DNA from: Kiritimatiellia bacterium
GTDB taxonomy: Bacteria; Verrucomicrobiota; Kiritimatiellia; SLAD01
Length of the DNA: 49,573 nt
Direction of reading: 5' to 3'
Assembly: GCA_007126515.1 (NCBI GenBank)
Contig: SLBD01000028.1
Span: forward strand, 1 to 49,573
The notes beneath the pieces were generated by a model that worked only from the letters and a program-made list of their open reading frames with translations, made no database searches and was not told the DNA's origin. The translations under genes and the position numbers were made by a program. The stretch's first letter is position 1; each line of letters opens with the position of its first letter. Shown in pieces: positions 8,069 to 16,288 of the stretch.

Positions 8069-9058
8069 ATGAATATGCAGCCTCCAACCAACGTCCAATC
8101 ATGCATGAATGAAACGAAACCAGCTCGCGTAGCGCCTGTCGCCCTGCCGGTCGCTCTCATCTGCATGGCCTTCCTTGCTGTCGGCTGTGGCACACTGCAA
8201 CATGACCCGATTAGCGGCCGCCAAGTACGTAACATGTATGTCATCGACCAAGAGATCGAGCTCGGTCGTGGCGTGGTTCAGAATGCCGTTGAGGAATTCC
8301 AGCAACAAGGCATTCCCATCAACCAAGATCTTGCCACATTACAGGTCCTCTCCAACATGATGCATCGGATCGCCGCAGTGTCACATTTTCCCGAACTACC
8401 CTACAGTGTGACACTGGTTCATTCTGATGTCGTCAATGCCGCCTGCGCCCCTGGCGGTCAATTGATTTTCTGGGAAGGGCTCTACCATCCCGAGCAGGGA
8501 CTCGTGAAAAACGAAAATGAACTGGCCGCCGTGATGGCTCATGAAATTGCCCATGCCACAGCCCGCCACACCACGCGCACATTGACACGGGAAGCGCCCA
8601 TCCAAATAGGCCTTCTCTTGGGTATGCTGGCCGCCGAGCTCGCAGACAAAGAGGATCTCGCCATTGGGCTCGGGGTGGCGTTTGTTGTGTACCAAGGCAT
8701 CTGGTTGCCGCGTTATTCGCGCCGAGATGAATTCGAGGCAGATCGGCTCGGACTTTTCTACATGGCAGATGCGGGATATGATCCTCGTGCTGCCTCCGCC
8801 ATCTGGCAACGGGCTTGGCAGCGGCAGGGAGATCCCGGCCTGGAACGATTTTTGGCTTCTCATCCCTCGCACCGGGATCGCCATCATCAACTTGAACGCT
8901 TGATGCCGCAGGCATTGGAGCGATATTATGCCTCCATTAATCAGTCATCGCCTTTGGCGGCCCGACCCGATGCCCTGCCTAGCTCAGCGACAACGGAATC
9001 GACTGCGGCCCAAATGCCCGCGACAGTCGGCAGTCATGGACGAGCTGTTCAGCGTTAA
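8069..9058 (+). CDS. M48 family zinc metallopeptidase, probable lipoprotein
   Basis: HEIAHATARH is the HExxH motif, with a downstream EFEADRLGLFYMADAGYDP. A lipobox-like FLAVGC is present. An alternative start lies at 8105. Confidence 0.85.
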   Translation: MNMQPPTNVQSCMNETKPARVAPVALPVALICMAFLAVGCGTLQHDPISGRQVRNMYVIDQEIELGRGVVQNAVEEFQQQGIPINQDLATLQVLSNMMHRIAAVSHFPELPYSVTLVHSDVVNAACAPGGQLIFWEGLYHPEQGLVKNENELAAVMAHEIAHATARHTTRTLTREAPIQIGLLLGMLAAELADKEDLAIGLGVAFVVYQGIWLPRYSRRDEFEADRLGLFYMADAGYDPRAASAIWQRAWQRQGDPGLERFLASHPSHRDRHHQLERLMPQALERYYASINQSSPLAARPDALPSSATTESTAAQMPATVGSHGRAVQR

Positions 9059-9077
9059 ACAATAGGGAGTTTGAGAA

Positions 9078-9464
9078 ATGGCAAAGTGGACAGTACTTGT
9101 TGGAACCATCCTGACAATCGTTGGGATCTTGTCGGCATCGCTAGCCGACACAGGCATTGCCGGGCTTTTTCCGGCTTTTATCGGCATTCCGATTGTTGCC
9201 CTTGGGGCGCTTGGGCGGATCAACTATGATCAACGCAAGCCACTACTCATTGGGGCCATTGCCATAGCAGCCTTGGGGTTTGTGCGAACGGTTGGAGATA
9301 TCCGATTGGGGCTCTACCTGATTTCCGTAGGCCCCGTTCACGTAGATCATCCTGATCAAGTCGTCACGCACTCGATCATAGCCATCGTTTGCGGAGCGTA
9401 CTTGTACGGGGGATGGCGATGGCTGCGGACACCCCCGCGCCCGCAACCGGCCTCAAACCTTTAG
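9078..9464 (+). CDS. Hypothetical integral membrane protein (about 4 TM helices)
   Basis: The 128 aa ORF follows the M48 gene after 19 nt, with GGGAG upstream. The sequence is hydrophobic throughout. Confidence 0.6.
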   Translation: MAKWTVLVGTILTIVGILSASLADTGIAGLFPAFIGIPIVALGALGRINYDQRKPLLIGAIAIAALGFVRTVGDIRLGLYLISVGPVHVDHPDQVVTHSIIAIVCGAYLYGGWRWLRTPPRPQPASNL

Positions 9465-9635
9465 TTCTTTGAGCTTCGCTCGCACCTGCTTGTCATTCAA
9501 TTGACGCAAGGTATCTTCTGTCACACCTGCCGCCAGCAATCGGTTGCGGTGCTCCAGAACTCGGCGCCGACGCGCCGCACCGGTCTTTTTGGGACGCAAC
9601 AAATTCTTATTCTTCGTTAGTTTTACTCGTGCCAT
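9453..9635 (-). CDS. Small, highly basic hypothetical protein (60 aa)
   Basis: The internal ATG at 9635 in ORF 9453-9671 gives MARVKLTKNKNLLRPKKTGAARRRRVLEHRNRLLAAGV.... The gene overlaps the convergent membrane-protein gene by 12 nt. Confidence 0.5.
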   Translation of the reverse strand: MARVKLTKNKNLLRPKKTGAARRRRVLEHRNRLLAAGVTEDTLRQLNDKQVRAKLKELKV

Positions 9636-9947
9636 AATATCATCCTTCCACACAAACGGGGTGTTCTCCAATAAAAGCGCCGTACCATACCCGCCCTAAC
9701 CGCCGCTGGCAACATCAAACCAACACCCACAAGAGTAATTCTTTCCGGCCATTAGAAGGAACTTGACTCCTGAGTCGCAACAACGCGTTGAGTCTGCCAG
9801 ATCACCATGTCCAATTATGCCAGACACATATACCCGGCATACATTGGGAAGGCAGGGCACACTCACCCGACTACGCGAGGAAGCTACGTCGGACAAGCCG
9901 CCCGCCCTACCCGGTACGTTTATGCCGAACAGTTTGCGTGAATCGCA

Positions 9948-10652
9948 TTAAAAGCGGAATCCAAGACGGCCCCCAATGATTCGTGTGTCATCTTCTAAAT
10001 CCTGCCAAAACGTTCCCCCTAGCAGAAAATTATCCGACAACCAGAAGTTTACAGACGCGTTTATCGAGTTACGCGTGTCCTCGATGTCTGCGTCGCCAAG
10101 GTCGGCACCGAGTTCGTCGCTGAACAAATCAGGGGATTGACCGTCTGTCCGAGCCACACCAATCAAGACGGATAATTGATCGGTAAAACTAATTTCCACA
10201 CCAGCAGAGAGGATCAATGCAGATTCCCAATCATCGTCAGAGAAACGCTCGTCCATGGCCCGCACTTCCACCTCTACCAATGTGTAGGAGTAGGCTACCC
10301 CCACATAGGGATTAATCATTTGCCCGGGCAAGAACTGAAGCCGTGCCCCGCCGACAAACGCTGTCAGATCGCTATCCAGGGAGGCCCGCATGCCGACCTC
10401 ACTTATACTTCCGTTGATGGATGTCCGGCTGACATTGGCCAACAGGGAAAGGTAGTCGCCCAAAGGTAGTTGAAGCCCGACCCCATAGACATAGATGTCA
10501 TCGAGAAAAGATTCCACTTCGTCGAAATCATCACCCAATTGAACGATGCCAAGCTCGCCACTAACAATGCGCTTTCCTAATGTCGATGCATGAGACACAT
10601 CCACCAGAGAAACGACAATCAACGCAACTAAGCCGCCTATGACTCTCTTCAC
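9948..10652 (-). CDS. Outer-membrane beta-barrel protein (OmpA-beta/OmpW-like small barrel)
   Basis: The sequence shows an alternating amphipathic strand pattern and a C-terminal GGRLGFRF with a terminal aromatic residue. The signal peptide is KRVIGGLVALIVVSLVDVSHA. The GTG at 10652 is preceded by AAGGAAGGTGG, although the ORF opens at 10742. Confidence 0.7.
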   Translation of the reverse strand: MKRVIGGLVALIVVSLVDVSHASTLGKRIVSGELGIVQLGDDFDEVESFLDDIYVYGVGLQLPLGDYLSLLANVSRTSINGSISEVGMRASLDSDLTAFVGGARLQFLPGQMINPYVGVAYSYTLVEVEVRAMDERFSDDDWESALILSAGVEISFTDQLSVLIGVARTDGQSPDLFSDELGADLGDADIEDTRNSINASVNFWLSDNFLLGGTFWQDLEDDTRIIGGRLGFRF

Positions 10653-10830
10653 CTTAGACCACCTTCCTTGTGTTATACACAATACGTGAACCATTCCAAC
10701 TCGTAATCGGCATGACTTTTGCCCAACAGAGACTTGCATCATACCTCACACCATAAACTATGATTGAACCTTTGCGCGGGCTGTGTCAAACAAGAAGCAT
10801 GGAATCAAAGTCGATTTCTTTTAGACCCCC

Positions 10831-10861
10831 AAAAAGTAATCACGGGGTTACAAACCCTGTG
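10831..10861 (-). terminator. Possible intrinsic terminator downstream of the Hsp70-like operon
   Basis: The minus-strand RNA reads CACAGGGUU-UGU-AACCCCGUG, which forms 8 pairs plus one A.C mismatch, followed by AUUAC and UUUUU. A second 7-bp hairpin, ATGGATG/CATCCAT, lies at 10882-10902. The spacer before the U-run is atypical. Confidence 0.3.
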
Positions 10862-10944
10862 AACTGCGCCGCTATCGGGGCATGGATGATGCCGCCATCC
10901 ATACCTCAAGTATTAGATATCGATAGGCACACTTGCAGCGTTGA

Positions 10945-13737
10945 TCACACTCGCAGCAACAAGCCGGCGGGCATTGACTCGCCCTGTGAGCGACGACTTT
11001 CATCGCCCTGCAGTTGACCGCCCTCAAGGACCAGTTCAATCCAATGCGACGGCGCGGATGCGGCCTCAAGACGACGTACCACCCGTTCACGCAGGTCGCC
11101 AGAAATGTCTAGGTAGCGATCCCCCGTCCTGCGGGCCAAAGACATCAATGTGAACAACCACTCATCTTCCCCATATGACCCTGCGAGCAGTCTTTCCAGC
11201 CACTCGCCAACCACTTCCGCAGATAATAGATGGTTTTCCTCGCCATACATCGGCACTCGGGCACCGGCTCGGCCCAGCCCCCATAATGCAGCACGCCGAT
11301 GCGATGTCGGCACATTCCGGCGCTGTTGATAGTCGATCAAATAGCGCCCCCATACTTCTCGCTGAGTGACCGGCAATCGCTCCAACCATGAGATCAATCG
11401 AATCCATTCAACCGTCTCATGATCGGCCAACCGCACGTCCCGCTGCAAGAGTCGCACTTTGGGTTTGCCGCCGAATAGTTGCCGTGCGACGGATAGAATC
11501 GGCGCAGCCAAGGTGGATTGTTGCCCCGCGGTCAACCCCGCCGCGAGCCGCCGCCAGAGGATCCACCATTCGGCCCTCACTGTCTCCTGCGTATAATGAA
11601 TGGGCCCGTCGTGCCAGATTTTCCACATTTCCGCCACCCGCCAGTCGTCCAGAGCCACACCGCATCCCGGGCGTAAGAAATACCCCATCAAATTCAACCA
11701 TCGTTGCTCATGAGCGGCGGATCGTTGCCGATACGCAGTCTCCTCTCGCAAGGCACTCCACAGTGCTCGCAACAAGGTCGCTGGCCATTCCGAACGCGGT
11801 AAGGCCAATTCCGACTCCAAGTGCTTCATCACCGACGTATTTTCCAGCACTGCGGCCTTCCCTGTAAAGGCGTGCTGCACAACTGCAATCGCAGATGCAG
11901 TCCGTTCCGCATCGACAATCCCGCCGGCTTCCCCTTCCCCCGCATGAAACGTCAAATCGGCCTGCGTCGCTGCTCGCAGATCAAACGTCAATTTCCATGA
12001 CCGCGATCCGTCCGCCTCCTGAATTCGCACATCGAGGCTACCCAACTCCGTCAGGTGACATACGACATGCACATCGATACGATCGTTCACCGCTCGTTTC
12101 CCTGCCGTCAAAATCGTCCGCAGCGGCGGCAACGCGGTATACAGCTCAGGGGGCTCCATGACGACGCGCTCACCAGCCGTGTCCACAGTTCGGCTACTGG
12201 ACACATACAAGGGGAATTCAACCGGCGTTTTCAGACGCGCCTGCAAGGGATGCTGATCCAAGGTGAACGACTCCCCTGCCATCGCACCTGCTGGTGCCAC
12301 ACACAGGGCATGCCTTTGCCCATCGCTATCCGTCGATTCCAATCCCAAATAGTAAGCTCGGGCCAAATCGCTGACGATGCGAATACCATGTCCCCGCCGC
12401 ACCCAGCCGTAATACGCAGCTCCTCGTGCCACGGCCAAATCCAATCGCTGATGAGGCAGCAGGGTCGGACACCGGTCCCCAAACCAGGCAGTCAATACAT
12501 CTTGAAGTCGCCGCCGCATAGCCTGCGACTCAAACAATCCGCCGTTCAGCAATAGGTGTTGCGGCGGGTTCGGTCGTCCGTCAGGATCGGAGGGTGCATG
12601 CGTGCGCAGAAATTCGGCGAGATACCGGGTAATGGCGGCATCAGCCGCGTAAGGCAAGCCAAACTCGCGGAACCCAGATCGGCGCCGAGCAGGCGACTCG
12701 GCCAAATCTACGAGCGGCAGGAAACCGTCTAACAAGAGTCGCTCCACGTCGGATTTCGTCAGGGTTGCCTGCCGCTGGGCAGCTAGCAGCTTGGCCCCAC
12801 GGCTTGGCAAGGTCACCTCCACCTGGTCCGGCGCATTCTCTCCCAGTAACACTTCTTTCTGATGGCGGCAGAGGCGTGTGAGCGTGGACCAAGATGCCGG
12901 GTCCAAGGTCTCGTCCCCCCACTGCGATTCGATATGATGGGCCAAGGCCAGATCGAGATTATCGCCGCCCAGAATGAGATGCTCTCCCACAGCGGCACGA
13001 TGAAACTGGGCATCGCCGGCACGGGTCGTACGGGCATGGATCAGAGTCAAATCGGTCGTTCCGCCGCCCACATCGCAAATCAAAATCTGATCGCCCGGCT
13101 GAATCGTATTTTGCCAATCCGCTTCATGATCGGACAGCCAGGCATAGAAGGCGGCTTGCGGCTCTTCCAGCAAAATGGGGGCAGGGATTCCCGCTTGCTG
13201 CGCCGCATTGATTGTCAATTCCCGAGCCGCCTCGTCAAACGACGCCGGCACCGTAATGAACACATCTTGTTCGGCCAACGGCGCATCGGAATGGGCTTCG
13301 TCCCAGGCAGCGCGGAGATGTCTGAGGATCATGCTCTGGGCTTCGACAGGAGAAATGGCGGCAACATCCGCCGCCGCATGCCACGGCAAGATATCTGCTT
13401 CGCGATTGACACCGCCATGGCAAAGCCACGATTTGGTGGAGGCAATGTAGCGGCCCGGCGCGAGGGCGCCATGATCGCGGGCATGAATCCCCACACGAAA
13501 GCGCGCATCCACCTGCCGATCCGCTTCGGTGACTTCGTCGGGAAGCAGCGCGTACAGGAAAGACGGCAACGTATCGCGTCGTTCCCGCACACCAGCCGCC
13601 GTGTATTGAGGAATCGGTACATCCACGATTTGGTTCGTGGCGGCTGGTTCCACAGCCGCCATCGCGCACTGGGTGGTTCCCAGGTCGATGCCAACCACGA
13701 ACCGGGCTGGTTGCCGCTCATTTGGAGCCGCATTCAT
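10945..13737 (-). CDS. Hsp70-family ATPase with a long helical C-terminal extension (930 aa)
   Basis: The Hsp70/actin-fold motifs are present: VVGIDLGTTQCAMA (phosphate-1), ITVPASFDEAARELTINAAQQAGI, ILICDVGGGTTDLTLI (phosphate-2), GGDNLDLAL and LLLNGGLFES (adenosine). A beta-rich segment ends at about aa 588 (WKLTFDLR), followed by about 340 aa that is Trp/Arg/Leu-rich and probably helical. Confidence 0.9.
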   Translation of the reverse strand: MNAAPNERQPARFVVGIDLGTTQCAMAAVEPAATNQIVDVPIPQYTAAGVRERRDTLPSFLYALLPDEVTEADRQVDARFRVGIHARDHGALAPGRYIASTKSWLCHGGVNREADILPWHAAADVAAISPVEAQSMILRHLRAAWDEAHSDAPLAEQDVFITVPASFDEAARELTINAAQQAGIPAPILLEEPQAAFYAWLSDHEADWQNTIQPGDQILICDVGGGTTDLTLIHARTTRAGDAQFHRAAVGEHLILGGDNLDLALAHHIESQWGDETLDPASWSTLTRLCRHQKEVLLGENAPDQVEVTLPSRGAKLLAAQRQATLTKSDVERLLLDGFLPLVDLAESPARRRSGFREFGLPYAADAAITRYLAEFLRTHAPSDPDGRPNPPQHLLLNGGLFESQAMRRRLQDVLTAWFGDRCPTLLPHQRLDLAVARGAAYYGWVRRGHGIRIVSDLARAYYLGLESTDSDGQRHALCVAPAGAMAGESFTLDQHPLQARLKTPVEFPLYVSSSRTVDTAGERVVMEPPELYTALPPLRTILTAGKRAVNDRIDVHVVCHLTELGSLDVRIQEADGSRSWKLTFDLRAATQADLTFHAGEGEAGGIVDAERTASAIAVVQHAFTGKAAVLENTSVMKHLESELALPRSEWPATLLRALWSALREETAYRQRSAAHEQRWLNLMGYFLRPGCGVALDDWRVAEMWKIWHDGPIHYTQETVRAEWWILWRRLAAGLTAGQQSTLAAPILSVARQLFGGKPKVRLLQRDVRLADHETVEWIRLISWLERLPVTQREVWGRYLIDYQQRRNVPTSHRRAALWGLGRAGARVPMYGEENHLLSAEVVGEWLERLLAGSYGEDEWLFTLMSLARRTGDRYLDISGDLRERVVRRLEAASAPSHWIELVLEGGQLQGDESRRSQGESMPAGLLLRV

Positions 13738-13754
13738 TGTTTTCGCTTCCCGAA

Positions 13755-15548
13755 TCAGTTCTCGCGAACGCTGAACTCAAGCTTCCACCGCTCATCGCTG
13801 ACCGTACTGGCGCACCAGCATTCCAGCACGCCCAGTTCCGTCACATGTGTTTCGATCCGAACAGGGACATACCCCCCTTCGGCATTTGCGGCGGCGGGGA
13901 GTTCCGCCTCAAGCGAGTCGGTCTCTTGCAAGTCGTCTTCATCCCACCGGGTCAGCAAAAGTCCAGGCTGATCGTGGACGCGGCGCGCCGAGCTAAAGAA
14001 TCGGAAATGCATCGGCTCTCCCACCACCAAACCAATTTCCTCGCTGGGCACCTGAATGGAGGTCCCCTCTTCCATGCCATGCGGCACTACACAGAGAGCA
14101 TGCAGTGGCCGCGGCGCTCCAGGCACCGCCAACCCCGCCGTCTCAATGCCAATGTAGTAAGCGCGCGCCGTACCCCCACGAATGCGCACTCCGCCTGCTT
14201 GCTTGATGCGGCCATACTGCGCAGCTCCCCGCGCCACGGAAAAGTCGAGATCTTCGCTGCCGGACAAAGAGGCAGGCGCTTCCTCTCCCGGGAACCACTG
14301 CTCGAAAAACGAGCGGACGCGCTCCTTTAGTGCTGCCGACTTAAACACGCCACCATTGAACAACAGATGCGTGGGACGCTTTGCCGCCGCTGCATCGGTT
14401 TGCGTATGTCCAGCAAGGAAGCGAGCCAGATGCCGTGTAATGGCTGTATCCGATTCATACGGGAGTCCCAACTGCTTAAATCCGGACGCTGGGCGCTTTT
14501 GCGGTTTGTCTGTGATTTCACATGGAGGCAGGAATCCTTCGAGCAAGGTTTTTTGCGCCACATCCCGATGCAACTCCACGGACAGCGACCCGCCAATGAC
14601 TTTGGAACCTCGTCCGAGAATCGTCACTGGATGGGACTCCGGCCCGTCCGGCGCCAGCAGCGCTTCCTTGGCAAGGCGACAGGCATGCCACAACGAAACC
14701 GACTGCCAAGCATCCAGCGTATGCCCTTGCTCCTTGAACAGCTCCTGCACGGTGAAAGCCAATGTCAGGTCCATGTTGTCGCCGCCCACCAGAATATGAT
14801 TTCCGACGGCCAGTCGAGACAGCTCCAAATCGCCGTCCCGATCCTCAACAGCGATCAGGGTAAAGTCCGTTGTCCCGCCCCCCACATCGCAGACCAGAAT
14901 CATGTCGCCGACATGTAACTCCTTGCGCCACTCCTCGCCGCGATGTGCCAGCCACGCATAGAGCGCTGCCTGCGGTTCCTCCAACAAGATGAAGTCGGCC
15001 GGGAATCCGGCTATCACCGCTGCCTCACGCGTCAAATCGCGGGCGCTGGCATCAAATGAAGCAGGTACTGTCAACGTCACTTGCTGTTGCTTGAACGGTG
15101 CCTCCGGGTGGTGCTGATTCCACGCGTCCGCCAGATGCCGCAGATACAGAGCCGAGGCAGCAACAGGAGAAACCTTGCCAACGTCCTCGGGCGCATTCCA
15201 AGGCAAAATCGCCTGGTGTCGGTCCACGCCAGAATGACAGAGCCATGACTTGGCTGCGGCGACGGTTCGGGTGGGCACGTCCGCCGATTGTGCCCGCGCA
15301 AACTGTCCCACCACGCCAGATGCCTGTTTGACAGAGGAGAGCTGCAAGGCCCCTCCCTCTCGCTCCACGTCCGTGGGCAGATACAAAAAGGACGGCAGCA
15401 AGGGCCGGTGTTCGGCCACTGTGGCTGTCGTCATTTGCGGAATTTCCAGCAACTCAACTGTCGGCGCCTCATCTGCCAATGATACATAGGCAAGTGCGCT
15501 GTTGGTTGTACCTAGGTCAATACCGATTGAATATAAAGGATCACTCAT
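13755..15548 (-). CDS. Hsp70-family ATPase, short form without a helical lid (597 aa)
   Basis: The motifs are SIGIDLGTTNSALAYV, TLTVPASFDASARDLTREAAVIAGF, ILVCDVGGGTTDFTLI, VGGDNMDLTL and HLLFNGGVFKS. The protein ends right after the beta-rich segment (WKLEFSVREN). It lies 17 nt upstream of the 930 aa paralog. Confidence 0.9.
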   Translation of the reverse strand: MSDPLYSIGIDLGTTNSALAYVSLADEAPTVELLEIPQMTTATVAEHRPLLPSFLYLPTDVEREGGALQLSSVKQASGVVGQFARAQSADVPTRTVAAAKSWLCHSGVDRHQAILPWNAPEDVGKVSPVAASALYLRHLADAWNQHHPEAPFKQQQVTLTVPASFDASARDLTREAAVIAGFPADFILLEEPQAALYAWLAHRGEEWRKELHVGDMILVCDVGGGTTDFTLIAVEDRDGDLELSRLAVGNHILVGGDNMDLTLAFTVQELFKEQGHTLDAWQSVSLWHACRLAKEALLAPDGPESHPVTILGRGSKVIGGSLSVELHRDVAQKTLLEGFLPPCEITDKPQKRPASGFKQLGLPYESDTAITRHLARFLAGHTQTDAAAAKRPTHLLFNGGVFKSAALKERVRSFFEQWFPGEEAPASLSGSEDLDFSVARGAAQYGRIKQAGGVRIRGGTARAYYIGIETAGLAVPGAPRPLHALCVVPHGMEEGTSIQVPSEEIGLVVGEPMHFRFFSSARRVHDQPGLLLTRWDEDDLQETDSLEAELPAAANAEGGYVPVRIETHVTELGVLECWCASTVSDERWKLEFSVREN

Positions 15549-15602
15549 AGTTCGATCACTTTCTTATTGAAATGGAATGAGAATACAAAGGGGGACGTGG
15601 AA

Positions 15603-16106
15603 TCAGGATATTTCCACCTCAGCCGGGGCCACAATCCAGGCGGCATCGTCGCTGCCGGTCCAAGCGGGCAGCTCGTGACGAGTCAACGTCCAGCCATGAT
15701 GTCGGAGGATGCCTTGGCTGGCTTCTGAATCGACGCGGCCCGTCAACTTCCATGCCCCCGGATCACGGGTAGCTGGCAGCTCCACCGATTCGCCCTCCGC
15801 CTCGGCACGAAGCGACTGGAGGCCGAACAAGCGATCAAGGGCTTGACTGCAATCGCGATGGATATCACGTACCGCCGCGCCGATTTGCGCGTCGGAATAG
15901 CCGTCAATGGACTCCTGCAAGAAATCCACCAAGCGCCCTTCCCGCTGCAAGGTTGCCAGCAATTCGATGGCCGCCGTGCGACGCGGAGCCGGAGATGGCT
16001 TGGGCAGAACCGGAGCGGGCCGCTCCAGCCAAGCAGACAGATCGGCCGCAAACGACTTGTCACGGATCGTTCTAAAAAACGTTTTAATTGCTAAAGATAA
16101 ACTCAT
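15603..16106 (-). CDS. DUF2760 domain protein
   Basis: The ATG at 16106 gives MSLSLAIKTFFRTIRDKSFAADL..., an N-terminal amphipathic segment. The ORF opens with a TTG at 16118. The ~167 aa size and the position directly upstream of Hsp70 paralogs match my recollection of the DUF2760 (PF10816) context. Confidence 0.65.
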   Translation of the reverse strand: MSLSLAIKTFFRTIRDKSFAADLSAWLERPAPVLPKPSPAPRRTAAIELLATLQREGRLVDFLQESIDGYSDAQIGAAVRDIHRDCSQALDRLFGLQSLRAEAEGESVELPATRDPGAWKLTGRVDSEASQGILRHHGWTLTRHELPAWTGSDDAAWIVAPAEVEIS

Positions 16107-16288
16107 GATGACTCTCAAAAAATAAAATAGGATTGGGCGGAACAGGCAAAGTCCCGCATTCGGTGTGCCCCGTTACAGCAAAGCACCGATTGAGACAAGC
16201 CAGAAATGAAGGTCTTTAACAAAGAATTGTGGTTCGGGATCAATCGTAGTACAACTGGAATGTTCATTAATCACGAAGGAATCAGATC

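Noticed and set aside
9696-9896. A Cys-rich 66 aa minus-strand ORF in the spacer (a possible small secreted peptide or RiPP precursor)
   Set aside because: It starts with TTG and has no SD. It overlaps the long hairpin, has no neighbouring maturation genes, and has no recognisable leader/core organisation. It is probably fortuitous.
9835-9927. The possibility that the long bulged hairpin is the 4.5S/SRP RNA
   Set aside because: The rod-like shape and an apical GGAAGC after a possible GCGA loop are suggestive. However, the 5' side lacks the conserved AGG symmetric-loop nucleotides, and the strongest pairing (CCGAC/GUCGG) is incompatible with the SRP domain IV fold. I kept it only as a generic structured-RNA candidate.
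12862-13971. A 369 aa plus-strand ORF, together with other ORFs of 130-200 aa across 11000-15500
   Set aside because: They are all antisense to or out of frame with the two Hsp70-like genes, whose motifs are unambiguous. Their compositions are Arg/Ser/Pro-biased and they have no motifs.
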